A stretch of 64,000 nt of DNA from Clostridium sp. CAG:710 (GCA_000432595.1 HF996865.1:116-64115), one strand, 5' to 3'; shown: positions 10,365-21,140, counted from the stretch's first letter. Notes: generated by a model from the letters alone, not told the origin. Numbers and translations are program-made.

Positions 10365-13300
10365 TTATACTTCTTTTAAAACTCCAGTAAATACAGAATA
10401 TAAATAAGTAGTAACCGTCTTATTAGTTTTACTTTGTATATATTCCCTATAAGCAGTAAGTTGATTTTTATAAGCTTCATCAACAATATTATTTAACTTA
10501 TAATCAATTATTTGTATATGATCATCATAAACTAACATTAAATCTATAATACCATGTCCACTATTACATCCATCATTATACATAAATTCATACTCTTTAT
10601 ATATAGTACAATTATTAAAATCAATCTCAGACTCTAAAAATTGCTTTATATATGGTACATAACGTTTATCCACATTAGTAAAATCAGGATTTAAAAAGTC
10701 AATACACTCTAAATAATGATGTATCTTTCTACCAAGTTCCATTTTATCTCTAGTAGAACTAAGTAAAAGTGAAGGAGACACCTTAGAAAACTTCTTTTCC
10801 TCAATAGTATTATTCTCTATAGAAATATTATCTACCTTAACTACACAATCACTTTTTGGAATAAGTTTTTTATAATCAAGTGCAGTAGCTAAATTATAAT
10901 CTTTAGAAAGAGGAATAGAAGAAATAGGAATATCCACTATATAATCAGCTATACTACTATATACACTATTAATTATATCTAAAAATGACCTATAATTCAA
11001 CTTAGAATCTGATTTATTTATAGTTTTGTTCTCCACCTCACCTACTAAAATCATTTTTTCTCTACATCTAGTAAGTGCAACATAGAAAAGCCTTATTCTC
11101 TCACTTATATCTTCTCTTATATACTTTTCTCTAAATAAGTAGTTATAAATAGTTTTATTTATACCTTCATTAAAATAAGGGCAAATAACTCCATATTCAT
11201 TATCAAATATAAATCTTTCCATTGTATCTCTAACATTAAATGAAGAAGATATTCCTGTATAATAACAAATAGGATATTCTAGTCCTTTAGATTTATGAAT
11301 AGTCATTATACCTACACTATTAGGATTAACATCATTAATCTCTACTTTAATATCAAAATCATCATCAACTAACTTATTTAAATATTCTAAAAAATCTTCA
11401 ACTGAATAATCCATCTCTTCAGCATTACCAGCCAAATTATAAATATATTCAAGTCTTACTATACTATTTTGAATACTTCCAACTGTAATTAACTTCTCAT
11501 AAAATTTAAAAGAAGAAATTAATTTTGATATCAAACTTCTTATTGATAAACTATCATAATCAGTTTCAATATCATCTAATATTTTAATAATTTCACTATC
11601 AGAATAATTACCGTTTTTAAAATAATCAAAAATCAAAGAATCAGGATAATTAAATAAATAACTTCTAGCAATAGATGAGAAATTATATTTAAAATCTATA
11701 TCAAACTCTCTATTATGATATTTAATCATAAGTCCAATTAAGTTTTTAATTATTAATAAATCATTATTTCCAGTAATAGATGTATATGTATATTTAGTAA
11801 GTGGAATATTCATATACTCAAATATTTTTTTATATAAATCAAATCCACTTGCCCTATCCATAAGTACTACAAAATCACTATATTTACAATCCCTAAGAAT
11901 CCCTAAATCTTTATCAAAAACTTGATAATGATCACTTATTTTCTTCTTTATATCAGTTGCTACTATAAAACATTCAACTTCAGCTTTTGTAAATCCAATT
12001 GACTTATCATATTTATAGTTATATATTTCAAAATTTTCATCTTGAGTAGTATTACCTTCTTCAAAATATACATTATTTCCAAATACCATTTGATGTGATT
12101 TTGTATAATCAGCACCACCTATTTTATCATCCATAACAATATTAAAAACTGTATTAATATTATCAAGTGTTTCCTTTCTAGATCTAAAGTTTTTATTTAA
12201 ATCTATTTTAAAACCGCCATCTTCTACTGAGTATTTATCATATTTATTTTTAAATATATATGGATTAGCATTTCTAAATCTATAAATAGATTGTTTAATA
12301 TCACCTACCATGTATACATTATTATTTTCAATAAGTCCAATAAACTCTTCTTGTAAATCAGAAGTATCTTGGTACTCATCAACCATTATTTCTTGAAAAC
12401 CATTTCTAATTTCAGAACAAACATCATCATTCTCTTTAAGTATTTTTATTGCCATTTTACTAATATCATTAAATTCAAATACGTTATTACGACTTTTAAA
12501 TTTATCAAGTCTAGATGTTAGCTCTCTTATTATAGAAATAATTGCTTCTAAATAAGGCTTAGTCTTTAAAATACCACCCTTCATACTAGTAACATCATCA
12601 TATATTGATAATTCTTTTAATGATTTAATTTCCTTAGAAATTTCTTCCTTGCGTTCTTTTACATCATCATCTGAATTTCTAGGTAGCGGTGGAAGTCTAA
12701 ATTCTAATGAGTTTTTTAACTCATCATAACTATCAGCATTCAAAAGTGGTGTTAAAACATCACTAAGTTTTTCTAAATAATCAGAATCAAGATAATTAGA
12801 TAACTCTTCTACTAGTTCACTAATTTTTTCCCTTTTAGATAAAATACTACTTACATACTTATTAATATTTGAGTCAATAAATTCTTCATTATAGAATTTA
12901 TCCATATATGTATCTAGATATTGATATTTATCATATATTAAATCCATTTTATCACTTATAGACAAAATATATTTCTTTATATCATCATCATTCTTTACAC
13001 AAAAATCCCCAATTAGTTTTAAGAAATTTGGATCTTCTTCTTCATATAAAGAATCAAATATTTCATCTATTATTCTACTTTTTTCAGTATATATTACACT
13101 AGAATCCGCTATATTAACATTCCTATCTACTCCAAGTAAATAATAATATTTTTTAACAAGTGATAAGCTATAACTATCAAAAGTAGTAATATATGCGCCA
13201 TCTATCAAATCCAGTTGACTAGATAAATCTGGTGCTTTCTTTATAGCAGATCGAATTCTTTCTTTCATTTCTTTAGCAGCTGCATTAGTAAAAGTTAAAA

Positions 13301-13466
13301 TAAGTAATTTATCTATATCAACACCATTATTTAACTTTCTAATTACTCTAGCAGTTAAAACCGCAGTTTTACCACTTCCAGCACCCGCAGAAACAATTAT
13401 ATTAGTTCCCTCTTTATCTATTGCTAGCTGTTGTTCATTTGTCCATTTTGGCATACTACTTTTCAC
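10365..13466 (-). CDS. addA: ATP-dependent helicase/nuclease subunit A (AddA), compact form
   Basis: UvrD-type Walker A GAGSGKT, VDEYQDTS, and a C-terminal RecB-type nuclease motif GIIDLMLVYDDHIQIIDYK. Confidence 0.9.
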   Translation of the reverse strand: MKSSMPKWTNEQQLAIDKEGTNIIVSAGAGSGKTAVLTARVIRKLNNGVDIDKLLILTFTNAAAKEMKERIRSAIKKAPDLSSQLDLIDGAYITTFDSYSLSLVKKYYYLLGVDRNVNIADSSVIYTEKSRIIDEIFDSLYEEEDPNFLKLIGDFCVKNDDDIKKYILSISDKMDLIYDKYQYLDTYMDKFYNEEFIDSNINKYVSSILSKREKISELVEELSNYLDSDYLEKLSDVLTPLLNADSYDELKNSLEFRLPPLPRNSDDDVKERKEEISKEIKSLKELSIYDDVTSMKGGILKTKPYLEAIISIIRELTSRLDKFKSRNNVFEFNDISKMAIKILKENDDVCSEIRNGFQEIMVDEYQDTSDLQEEFIGLIENNNVYMVGDIKQSIYRFRNANPYIFKNKYDKYSVEDGGFKIDLNKNFRSRKETLDNINTVFNIVMDDKIGGADYTKSHQMVFGNNVYFEEGNTTQDENFEIYNYKYDKSIGFTKAEVECFIVATDIKKKISDHYQVFDKDLGILRDCKYSDFVVLMDRASGFDLYKKIFEYMNIPLTKYTYTSITGNNDLLIIKNLIGLMIKYHNREFDIDFKYNFSSIARSYLFNYPDSLIFDYFKNGNYSDSEIIKILDDIETDYDSLSIRSLISKLISSFKFYEKLITVGSIQNSIVRLEYIYNLAGNAEEMDYSVEDFLEYLNKLVDDDFDIKVEINDVNPNSVGIMTIHKSKGLEYPICYYTGISSSFNVRDTMERFIFDNEYGVICPYFNEGINKTIYNYLFREKYIREDISERIRLFYVALTRCREKMILVGEVENKTINKSDSKLNYRSFLDIINSVYSSIADYIVDIPISSIPLSKDYNLATALDYKKLIPKSDCVVKVDNISIENNTIEEKKFSKVSPSLLLSSTRDKMELGRKIHHYLECIDFLNPDFTNVDKRYVPYIKQFLESEIDFNNCTIYKEYEFMYNDGCNSGHGIIDLMLVYDDHIQIIDYKLNNIVDEAYKNQLTAYREYIQSKTNKTVTTYLYSVFTGVLKEV

Positions 13467-15843
13467 CTCCTAAGAAGCTTAAAGATTTATTTTTATTAAG
13501 TTTCACAAAATCAGATTCACATCTATAACAAATATCTTTGAACTTGCAATAATTACATCCAACTTTATCAAAATCTATTTGTTTAGGATTTATATCAAAA
13601 TTACCCATTAAAATATTATCTCGTGCTTCATCTATTTTATTATCAATAACTGATATAAGCTTATCCATCTGTTCATAACTTAAAACTTTCGCAAATCTAT
13701 CAAATCCCTCTTTATTAGTTCTCATAGATTTAACATAACTACTTTTTTCATAATCAGGAATAAATACCTCTAAATCACTAACATCTGAAGTAGAATAACC
13801 ATCTAATTTTAAATTATCACATTTTAAAGACAAATAGGTTTTACCAGGCACAAACCTTATTTCATTAGATAAAATTCTTTGAAGGTAGAATCCAGTAAAT
13901 CTAACATTTTTAAATAAGTTGCTTTTCTTTACTAAGTATAAATATATAGGCAACTGCATACTAAAACCATATATAACACTATATAAATCAATATTTGTAT
14001 TACCAGTTTTATAATCAACTATACTAACTAAAGTATTTTCTTTTTCCTTATACATAATTTTATCTACAATACCAGTAAATACAACAGGAATAACCGAACT
14101 CTTATCAATTGTAATTTTCTTTTCAAGTAGAAGTTTGGTTAAACCAGTTTCCTCTTGTAAATTTTTAACCTGTTCAATTACAAAAGATAATTCACTCTTT
14201 AATTTTTTTAGTAAAAACTTCTCTTTATTTGTAAGAGTTAAATTACTAACATACTTATTATATTCACTTGAAAAATCAAAGCCTTCATTAAAACAAATAG
14301 AAAGTATGTAATGAAATAATGACCCAATAACGGTATTAAAATTTTCAACATACTTATCAAGTTTTAGTATATTGGTTAAATAATATTTAAAAGCACAGTG
14401 ATAATAATTATCAATCGAAGTATATGAAAGTGTAAGTCTTGGTTTTAATAACTCCAATAAAGAATTATTATTAATACCTGTAAACTTATTATCATAAGTA
14501 AGATAAGGTATTGAAAAATTATTATATAAAATAGGTAATTGTTCACTTTTTATTCCAAACTTTATAAAGTTATCTAATTCTTTTGATAAAAGAACCTCAC
14601 TCCATATTTTAGAATAACTATTTTTATAATCCATCTTATATTCTATCTTATTAAGTCCCATTTCACTTGCTAAATTAGATATTAAAACCTCACCATTTAA
14701 TGAATTTAACTTACAAGAAATAATAAGATTTTTTATTTTTTGAATAGAATTTATAACTTTTTCTTTTTCAAGTCTATTTTTTTCTTCAGTAGTAGATAAT
14801 AACATATTATATTTAGTTTTTAACAAGTCACCAATAAAATCATCATCTTTAAATAATGTAGGTATTGCACCCTGATTAAACCCAAGTAAAAAAACATATT
14901 CATCAGGTTCAAATATATTGTCAGTAATATTAACTAATTCTATTTGATTTTTCTTTTTCTTAGGCATTATTTTAGTATTTTTTACTTCTTGTTTTGTACA
15001 TTTAAATATAAATTGAAAAGGATATTCCATATCATTATATTTATTAGAAATATTAAATAGTGCATTATATGTAGCTAAGTTATTATAATTAGTCATATCA
15101 TATTCAGCTTTAATTATTTCAAGTCCAGCAAAAAATGATTTAGATTCTTCAACTAAGTATAGAAATTTCTTAGTTATTGGAGAAGAATAAATAGAATTAT
15201 CAGGTAATGAAATAGGAATATTATACATATAAGAAAACATTTTAAGAGTATAATAATATTCCTCACTAACATTAGCTAGTTTTATTTTATTTATATCGAC
15301 TCCGCTACTTATTAGCTTAGAAATATTATAAAATACAAAACATACTTCATCTTCTAATGTATTTAAAACATATAAATCCTTAACAGGAAATTTTTCTTCT
15401 TCTTCTATTATAGTTGCATCTATTTTATCAAGCATATTTTGATAAAATTTATCTATTTTAGAATATCCATATACGATTATTTTTTTTCTTTTAATATAGT
15501 CTAGAAACATATCATCATAATATAGTAATTTCTCTTTGTCCAATTCTTCCTTCATTTTTACTAAATTATTAAGTTTATCATCAACATATGAGTCTTTATC
15601 TAAATAATATAATGATTCTAATACATCCTTTGCGGCATCCATATTAAATAAATAATGCTGCATTAAATATAATACAGCCCTAACATCATATGAAAAATAT
15701 ATATGATCCCTAACTTCATCAAGTGACATCATCTTATAATTGACAAAATTATCATAATGATTAAAATAATCCAAAATTTTATTTTTTAGATTATTAGGGA
15801 CAATAAGTAGTACTTCATTAAATTTTGTAAAATCCAGTGTCAT
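13456..15843 (-). CDS. addB: ATP-dependent helicase/nuclease subunit B (AddB), compact form
   Basis: Sits directly upstream of and overlaps addA. C-terminal nuclease motif GIVDKIMY...VDYKTG with Fe-S cysteines (YHCAF ... CNYCKFKDIC). Confidence 0.8.
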   Translation of the reverse strand: MTLDFTKFNEVLLIVPNNLKNKILDYFNHYDNFVNYKMMSLDEVRDHIYFSYDVRAVLYLMQHYLFNMDAAKDVLESLYYLDKDSYVDDKLNNLVKMKEELDKEKLLYYDDMFLDYIKRKKIIVYGYSKIDKFYQNMLDKIDATIIEEEEKFPVKDLYVLNTLEDEVCFVFYNISKLISSGVDINKIKLANVSEEYYYTLKMFSYMYNIPISLPDNSIYSSPITKKFLYLVEESKSFFAGLEIIKAEYDMTNYNNLATYNALFNISNKYNDMEYPFQFIFKCTKQEVKNTKIMPKKKKNQIELVNITDNIFEPDEYVFLLGFNQGAIPTLFKDDDFIGDLLKTKYNMLLSTTEEKNRLEKEKVINSIQKIKNLIISCKLNSLNGEVLISNLASEMGLNKIEYKMDYKNSYSKIWSEVLLSKELDNFIKFGIKSEQLPILYNNFSIPYLTYDNKFTGINNNSLLELLKPRLTLSYTSIDNYYHCAFKYYLTNILKLDKYVENFNTVIGSLFHYILSICFNEGFDFSSEYNKYVSNLTLTNKEKFLLKKLKSELSFVIEQVKNLQEETGLTKLLLEKKITIDKSSVIPVVFTGIVDKIMYKEKENTLVSIVDYKTGNTNIDLYSVIYGFSMQLPIYLYLVKKSNLFKNVRFTGFYLQRILSNEIRFVPGKTYLSLKCDNLKLDGYSTSDVSDLEVFIPDYEKSSYVKSMRTNKEGFDRFAKVLSYEQMDKLISVIDNKIDEARDNILMGNFDINPKQIDFDKVGCNYCKFKDICYRCESDFVKLNKNKSLSFLGGEK

Positions 15844-15901
15844 AATAAGTATCTCCTTCTATTTAATTTTATCATCTTTAGAACAAAAAGACACGCATAA
15901 G

Positions 15902-16525
15902 TTACGTGTTTTTACTACTTTTTACATCTCTTTTTGAATAAATACATCCACAATAGTCTTGTCTATATAAATTATAGATATTAGAAAGTTCAATGCTTCT
16001 TTTATATCCATTTCTTTTCTTAAAATCAGCATATAGATATTTTACGTCATATTTACCTGATAAGTCCTCGCCTATTTCATTTAACCATTTAGCATTTTTA
16101 TAGGGGCTTATTGATAAAGTCGTTGTAAAATATGAGAAATTATGGCTACTAGCATATTTAGCTGCCTCACAAAGTCTAAGTAAATAGCATCTATAGCACC
16201 TACTCCCACCCTCAGGTTCATCTCTCATGCCATCTATAACATCTTCAAAGTCTTCATTTCTATAGCCAATTTCTACTAGTTTAACATTTTTATCAAGCTT
16301 CATTTCTTGAATTAATTTATCAAGTTCATTATATCTCTTAATAAACTCTTCTTCTGGAGAAATATTAGGATTATAATAAAGTATAGTAATATCAAAATAT
16401 GAAGATAAATATTCTAATACATAAGAAGAACATGGAGCACAGCAAGCGTGTAGTAAAAGAGTTGGCTTTTTATTTAACTGTTTTATCTTATCTAACTCTT
16501 CATCCATCATAATTTGATAATTCAT
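15902..16525 (-). CDS. queH: epoxyqueuosine reductase QueH (DUF208)
   Basis: LLHACCAPCS motif and later cysteines (RCYRC, YCGC), as expected for QueH. Confidence 0.85.
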   Translation of the reverse strand: MNYQIMMDEELDKIKQLNKKPTLLLHACCAPCSSYVLEYLSSYFDITILYYNPNISPEEEFIKRYNELDKLIQEMKLDKNVKLVEIGYRNEDFEDVIDGMRDEPEGGSRCYRCYLLRLCEAAKYASSHNFSYFTTTLSISPYKNAKWLNEIGEDLSGKYDVKYLYADFKKRNGYKRSIELSNIYNLYRQDYCGCIYSKRDVKSSKNT

Positions 16526-16527
16526 AC

Positions 16528-18045
16528 TTATCCCCTCATTTCTTTTTTAACTTTTACATTTTGTTCCTTTTTTACATATTTTTTAGGATCAGTTACTGTT
16601 TCTGAATCTATAAAAACATCTGTATTATATAAAACCCCATCTGCAGCATCAGATAAAATTTGTGATAAGGTTTCTGTAACAACTGTCTTTAAAGCACTTG
16701 CTCCCCCACCAGTTAAAAAAGATTTAGAAGCAATCGCATCTATCGCAGAAGAATCACAAGAAAGTCTTATTCTATCAGTGCTAAATAAAGCTGTTTGCCA
16801 CATTCTTAAATTGCTTATCTTAGATGTAGTTAAAATCTCTTTTAAATCTTCTTTTTCTAAAGACTTCATTTGAACTATAACAGGAACTCTTCTTAGAAAT
16901 TCTCTCTCCATTCCGCCTAATTTATGTAAATCATCCCTAGTAATAACAACATTTTCTAAAACCCCATCATCCTGATTAAAACCAATTGCCTTTTTGGAAT
17001 TACTCTTAGCATCTATTATTCTTTGGAAAGCACCTGCAAAAACAAAAGTAATTTTAGAAGTGTCTATTTTTATTGTTTCCTTGTTGTGTTTAATAGTATA
17101 AACCCCTCTATCCATTAATCCATATAGTTCTTGCTGAACATCTTTTGTTCTTATAGAACTATTAGAGGCACTATCTTCACCAAGTTTATCAAATTCATCA
17201 AGTACAATTATACCTTTTTCAGCTTTTTTAACATCTCCATTAGCTTCAATTAATAAATCTTCAAGTAAGCTTACAACATCACCACCAACATATCCAGTAG
17301 TTGAATATTTAGTGGCATCCTTAATTATCATAGGAACATCTAATATTTTTGCAGTTGTCATGCAAGTCTCAGTTTTACCAACACCAGTTGGTCCAATAAT
17401 CATAACATTTGTTTTAAGCCCTTCGAATTCTCCGTATTTTTGATTATTATAAACTGCATTTACAAACGCCTCAACTTGTAAGTCTTGCGCAACTACACGT
17501 TCTTGAACCTTTTTAACAATATCTTTTCTATTTAAGTAAAACTTATTACCTTCAGAATTTCTACATTCCATAAGAGAAGTCCTCAAAGTAGAAGACATAT
17601 CTATATTATATGAAACAGAATCACCCTCAGCAATAAATGAAACTAAATTAACATCATCTTTTAAATCAGTTATGCAAGAAAATTCATAATCACTAGCCTG
17701 TACCAAATACTCATACATCTTTTTTCTTGCGAATCTAAGTTTATCTGAAGGTGATTTAAATTCAACACTCTTAATATAATCACCTAAAAAAATAGGAAGT
17801 CCAAAGAAAGTATCAGTATCATTATTATTAAAGCAATCTTCAACAATAGGAATATACATTGGCTTTCCTGATGTAACAGGATAATCTATTCCTGTAAATT
17901 CATCAATTGGAAAAAACCTTTTTCCTTTCTTAATATAAGTACCAAGATATATTCCAGTTATCTCAATACTGCTTTTCCATGAGGATTCTCTCTTAGCCTT
18001 AAATTTAACTGCTCCCCATAGATTATCAAAATCATTAGCGTTCAT
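16528..18045 (-). CDS. ClpX/HslU-like AAA+ ATPase with a non-canonical N-terminal domain
   Basis: Residues ~215-480 align with ClpX: Walker A GPTGVGKT, pore loop GYVG, Walker B IVLDEFDK, FVFAGAF, AIGF, EFLRRVPV. The first ~200 aa have no C4 zinc-finger cysteines. Confidence 0.75.
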   Translation of the reverse strand: MNANDFDNLWGAVKFKAKRESSWKSSIEITGIYLGTYIKKGKRFFPIDEFTGIDYPVTSGKPMYIPIVEDCFNNNDTDTFFGLPIFLGDYIKSVEFKSPSDKLRFARKKMYEYLVQASDYEFSCITDLKDDVNLVSFIAEGDSVSYNIDMSSTLRTSLMECRNSEGNKFYLNRKDIVKKVQERVVAQDLQVEAFVNAVYNNQKYGEFEGLKTNVMIIGPTGVGKTETCMTTAKILDVPMIIKDATKYSTTGYVGGDVVSLLEDLLIEANGDVKKAEKGIIVLDEFDKLGEDSASNSSIRTKDVQQELYGLMDRGVYTIKHNKETIKIDTSKITFVFAGAFQRIIDAKSNSKKAIGFNQDDGVLENVVITRDDLHKLGGMEREFLRRVPVIVQMKSLEKEDLKEILTTSKISNLRMWQTALFSTDRIRLSCDSSAIDAIASKSFLTGGGASALKTVVTETLSQILSDAADGVLYNTDVFIDSETVTDPKKYVKKEQNVKVKKEMRG

Positions 18046-18116
18046 ACAACAATTCCCCCATCAAGTAATTACTATTCTAGCAAAAATAAGATGAGATATC
18101 AATAAAAAGAAAAAAT

Positions 18117-18145
18117 AAAACAAAGATTATTAAAATCTCTGTTTT
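18117..18145 (-). terminator. terminator after rpmF
   Basis: Hairpin AAAACA(A/G)AGATT ... AATCTCTGTTTT overlaps the rpmF stop codon, with a T-run downstream on the minus strand. Confidence 0.6.
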
Positions 18146-18341
18146 ACTTCTCTGATTTAGTTTCTTCTTTACTTGCAAGAACTTTTTTGCCTTTGTAATT
18201 TCCGCAAGCTTTACATACACGATGAGGTCTAATTACTTCTCCACATTGTGGACATTTAGTAGTTACTGCAGCCTCTAATGCGTTATGACTTCTTCTTAAT
18301 CTTTTTCTAGTTTTTGAAACTTTGTGTTGTGCAACAGCCAT
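18144..18341 (-). CDS. rpmF: 50S ribosomal protein L32
   Basis: MAVAQHKVSKTRKRLRRSH plus CPQCG...CKACG zinc ribbon. Start set to the ATG at 18341, preceded by GAGGAG. Confidence 0.95.
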   Translation of the reverse strand: MAVAQHKVSKTRKRLRRSHNALEAAVTTKCPQCGEVIRPHRVCKACGNYKGKKVLASKEETKSEK

Positions 18342-18346
18342 CTTTA

Positions 18347-18817
18347 TCACTCCTCTTTATATTTTTCTTTAAGTTCAAGAAAAGGATTATTGCTAGTAGA
18401 GCTTGCCTCTTCTTCACTAATTAATTTCCATCCATCGCCATTATATTTACTTAAGTCATTAACCTTAGTAAATCTAAGTGGGACCTCTAATACAATATTT
18501 TGCCACAAAATTGGAAGAATATCAATACTATTTTCATCTTTTTCTAAATTTTCTTCAATATTTTCATCAATATCAATGGAAAATGGATACTCTACGTTAT
18601 CTAAACTAATAGAATCCTCCAAAATCATTTTACCACTAACATTACATCTGATAGTAAGTTCATTGCTTGCATCGAAAAATATATCACCAACTGCCCTAGC
18701 ATCTTCTATATCAATAATATCGCTTTTTTCTAACATATCAGATGGAAAAGTTAATTCTTCATCAAATGAAATCTTATCCTTAACCTCAGAATTTAATTCT
18801 TCTAATCTTATAATCAT
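18347..18817 (-). CDS. yceD: YceD/DUF177 family protein
   Basis: Acidic 156-aa protein directly upstream of rpmF, the conserved yceD-rpmF arrangement. Confidence 0.75.
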   Translation of the reverse strand: MIIRLEELNSEVKDKISFDEELTFPSDMLEKSDIIDIEDARAVGDIFFDASNELTIRCNVSGKMILEDSISLDNVEYPFSIDIDENIEENLEKDENSIDILPILWQNIVLEVPLRFTKVNDLSKYNGDGWKLISEEEASSTSNNPFLELKEKYKEE

Positions 18818-18941
18818 TTTGTATCACCGAACAAATTATATATTAAATTCATAAAAATTGCAAATGTTTATAACAATTACATATATAAATTAGATTTTCA
18901 AATACAATTATTTCTGATATAATACTTCTCGAGGTGGAGAT

Positions 18942-20033
18942 ATGGCTAATATTGGAATAATATGTGAGTATAACCCATTTCATAATGGACACTTATATCA
19001 CATTAATAAAATTAAAGAAATGTTTAAAGACTCAACACTTATATTAGTTATGAGTGGAAACTTTACTCAAAGAGGCATACCAAGTATACTAGCTAAAGAT
19101 GAAAAAACATTAATCGCAAAAAAATACGGAGTTGACCTAGTAGTAGAACTTCCATTCATTTATGCAACAGAAAGTGCAGATATATTTGCAGATGCCGCAG
19201 TTACAATATTAAATGAATTAAAAACAGATTACATTGTATTTGGTAGTGAAAGCAATAACATAGATAATCTTATTAATATCGCAAACATACAATTAAATGA
19301 TAAAGATTTTGATAACAAAGTTAAAACTTATTTAAATGAGGGAATAAACTACCCTACCGCAATATCAAAAGCTCTAAAAGATAAAGCCGATATAGTCAAT
19401 ACTCCAAACGATTTATTAGCTATCTCTTATATAAAATCAATAATAAAAAATAATTATAATATAAAGCCAATCACTATTCAAAGAACAAATGACTTTCATT
19501 CAAAAGAATTAGAAAATAATATAGTAAGCGCAACCGCTATAAGAAAAGCACTAGATAATAATAAAGATATTTCATCATATGTTCCAAAAGAAGTAGCAAA
19601 ACTTTTAAAAAATAGATCTAATATTAATTATTTTCCTTATTTAAAATATAAAATTATCACTGAAGGAACTGATATTAAAAAGTATCTAACTGTTGATGAA
19701 GGAATAGAAAACAGAATTCTAAAAGCAATAGATTCTTGTAATACACTAGAAGACCTTATTAAAAAAGTTAAAACAAAAAGATATACATACAATAAATTAT
19801 CCAGAATGTTTATACATATACTTTGTTCTCTAACAAAAGAAGAAGTTATTAAAAACAAGAATGTAAAATATATAAGAGTGTTAGGTTTTAATGACTTAGG
19901 TAGAAAACATCTAAATAAAATTAAAAAAGATATAACTCTTCCACTTATTACTACCCCAAAATATTATAACGAACTATTAACAATAGAAAATCGCATAGAC
20001 AAAATTTATGACTTAATAAGCAAAAACTATTAA
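18942..20033 (+). CDS. tmcAL: tRNA(Met) cytidine acetate ligase (YlbM/TmcAL family nucleotidyltransferase)
   Basis: N-terminal GIICEYNPFHNGHLYHI (HxGH-type nucleotidyltransferase motif) and a length of ~360 aa. Confidence 0.8.
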   Translation: MANIGIICEYNPFHNGHLYHINKIKEMFKDSTLILVMSGNFTQRGIPSILAKDEKTLIAKKYGVDLVVELPFIYATESADIFADAAVTILNELKTDYIVFGSESNNIDNLINIANIQLNDKDFDNKVKTYLNEGINYPTAISKALKDKADIVNTPNDLLAISYIKSIIKNNYNIKPITIQRTNDFHSKELENNIVSATAIRKALDNNKDISSYVPKEVAKLLKNRSNINYFPYLKYKIITEGTDIKKYLTVDEGIENRILKAIDSCNTLEDLIKKVKTKRYTYNKLSRMFIHILCSLTKEEVIKNKNVKYIRVLGFNDLGRKHLNKIKKDITLPLITTPKYYNELLTIENRIDKIYDLISKNY

Positions 20034-20087
20034 GTCTTTTTTGTTACAAAAAATAAGTAATTACATAATTTATTATAGGTGAAGTAT

Positions 20088-20855
20088 ATGTATTTTGCTT
20101 ATAAATATACAAAAATTTATTATGAAAAACATGGAAATAATAAAAAAGTAATATTAATATTCCCAGGATGGGGAGATAATAGAAAAACATTTTATAAAAT
20201 GATTGATGATTTAAAAGATGATTTTACCATTTATATATTTGATTATCCAGGTTTTGGAAATAGCCCTATCCCACATAAAGATTTAACAATATATGATTAT
20301 GCTGAAATATTTATGGAATTCATAAAAGAAAGCAAAATTAACAATCCAATAGTTATAGGACATTCTTTCGGTGGACGATTAATCATCACAATGAGTGGGT
20401 ATTATAAAGTTAAATTTAAAAAAGTAGTACTAATCTCATCCGCAGGAATAAAGCCAAAAAAGACATTATTTCAAAAAATAAAACAAAAGACATATAAAAT
20501 ACTTAAAAAAATAGGAACAATTTTACCATACAAAAAAAGAAAAAAATACAAAGATTTTCTTCTTAAACACTTCGCATCCAATGATTTTCTAGCACTACCA
20601 CAAACATTACATAAAACATTTATTAATATAGTAAATGAAGATTTAACTAAATATTTAATAAAGATAAAAACAGAAACACTTATAATTTGGGGAGAAAATG
20701 ATGAATCAACTCCAATTAAAGATGCTTATAAAATGAATAAATTAATTAAATCATCTGGACTTGTAGTAATAAAAGGAGCATCGCATTTTTGTTACTTAGA
20801 ATACCCAGGATATATAAAAGTCATATTAGACGAATATTTAAAAGGAGGAAATTAA
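20088..20855 (+). CDS. alpha/beta hydrolase
   Basis: Nucleophile elbow GHSFGG and a C-terminal ASH (probable catalytic His). The ATG at 20088 follows AGGTGA; the ORF track begins at a GTG at 20079. Confidence 0.8.
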   Translation: MYFAYKYTKIYYEKHGNNKKVILIFPGWGDNRKTFYKMIDDLKDDFTIYIFDYPGFGNSPIPHKDLTIYDYAEIFMEFIKESKINNPIVIGHSFGGRLIITMSGYYKVKFKKVVLISSAGIKPKKTLFQKIKQKTYKILKKIGTILPYKKRKKYKDFLLKHFASNDFLALPQTLHKTFINIVNEDLTKYLIKIKTETLIIWGENDESTPIKDAYKMNKLIKSSGLVVIKGASHFCYLEYPGYIKVILDEYLKGGN

Positions 20856-21127
20856 TTACAATTTCCTCCGAAAGATGCAAGAAGTGCTTTTATAGTACTC
20901 ATCGCATCTATATTGTTATTATCATTAACCAAATATGTATTAAATTCTTCTATTTTAGAAGAATCCTCTTCTCTACCAGATTTATCTAAATACTTAATAA
21001 TTTTTCCATCTTCAAAAACTAATGTAAATTTATCATTAGTAAGACTACATTCTAATTTGTTACTATTACAACCTGTAGTAAATATAAATGTAGTTATAAG
21101 TAAGATTAGAAAAATTATTTTTTTCAT
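20852..21127 (-). CDS. small lipoprotein
   Basis: Signal peptide with lipobox (FIFTTGC). 91 aa. Confidence 0.6.
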   Translation of the reverse strand: MKKIIFLILLITTFIFTTGCNSNKLECSLTNDKFTLVFEDGKIIKYLDKSGREEDSSKIEEFNTYLVNDNNNIDAMSTIKALLASFGGNCN

Positions 21128-21140
21128 ATAAACTCCTCTT

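Noticed and set aside
20852-20855. A 4-nt overlap of convergent stop codons (TTAATTAA) between the alpha/beta hydrolase gene and the lipoprotein gene.
   Set aside because: A trivial consequence of palindromic TAA/TTA stops in compact AT-rich genomes, with no regulatory implication that can be supported.
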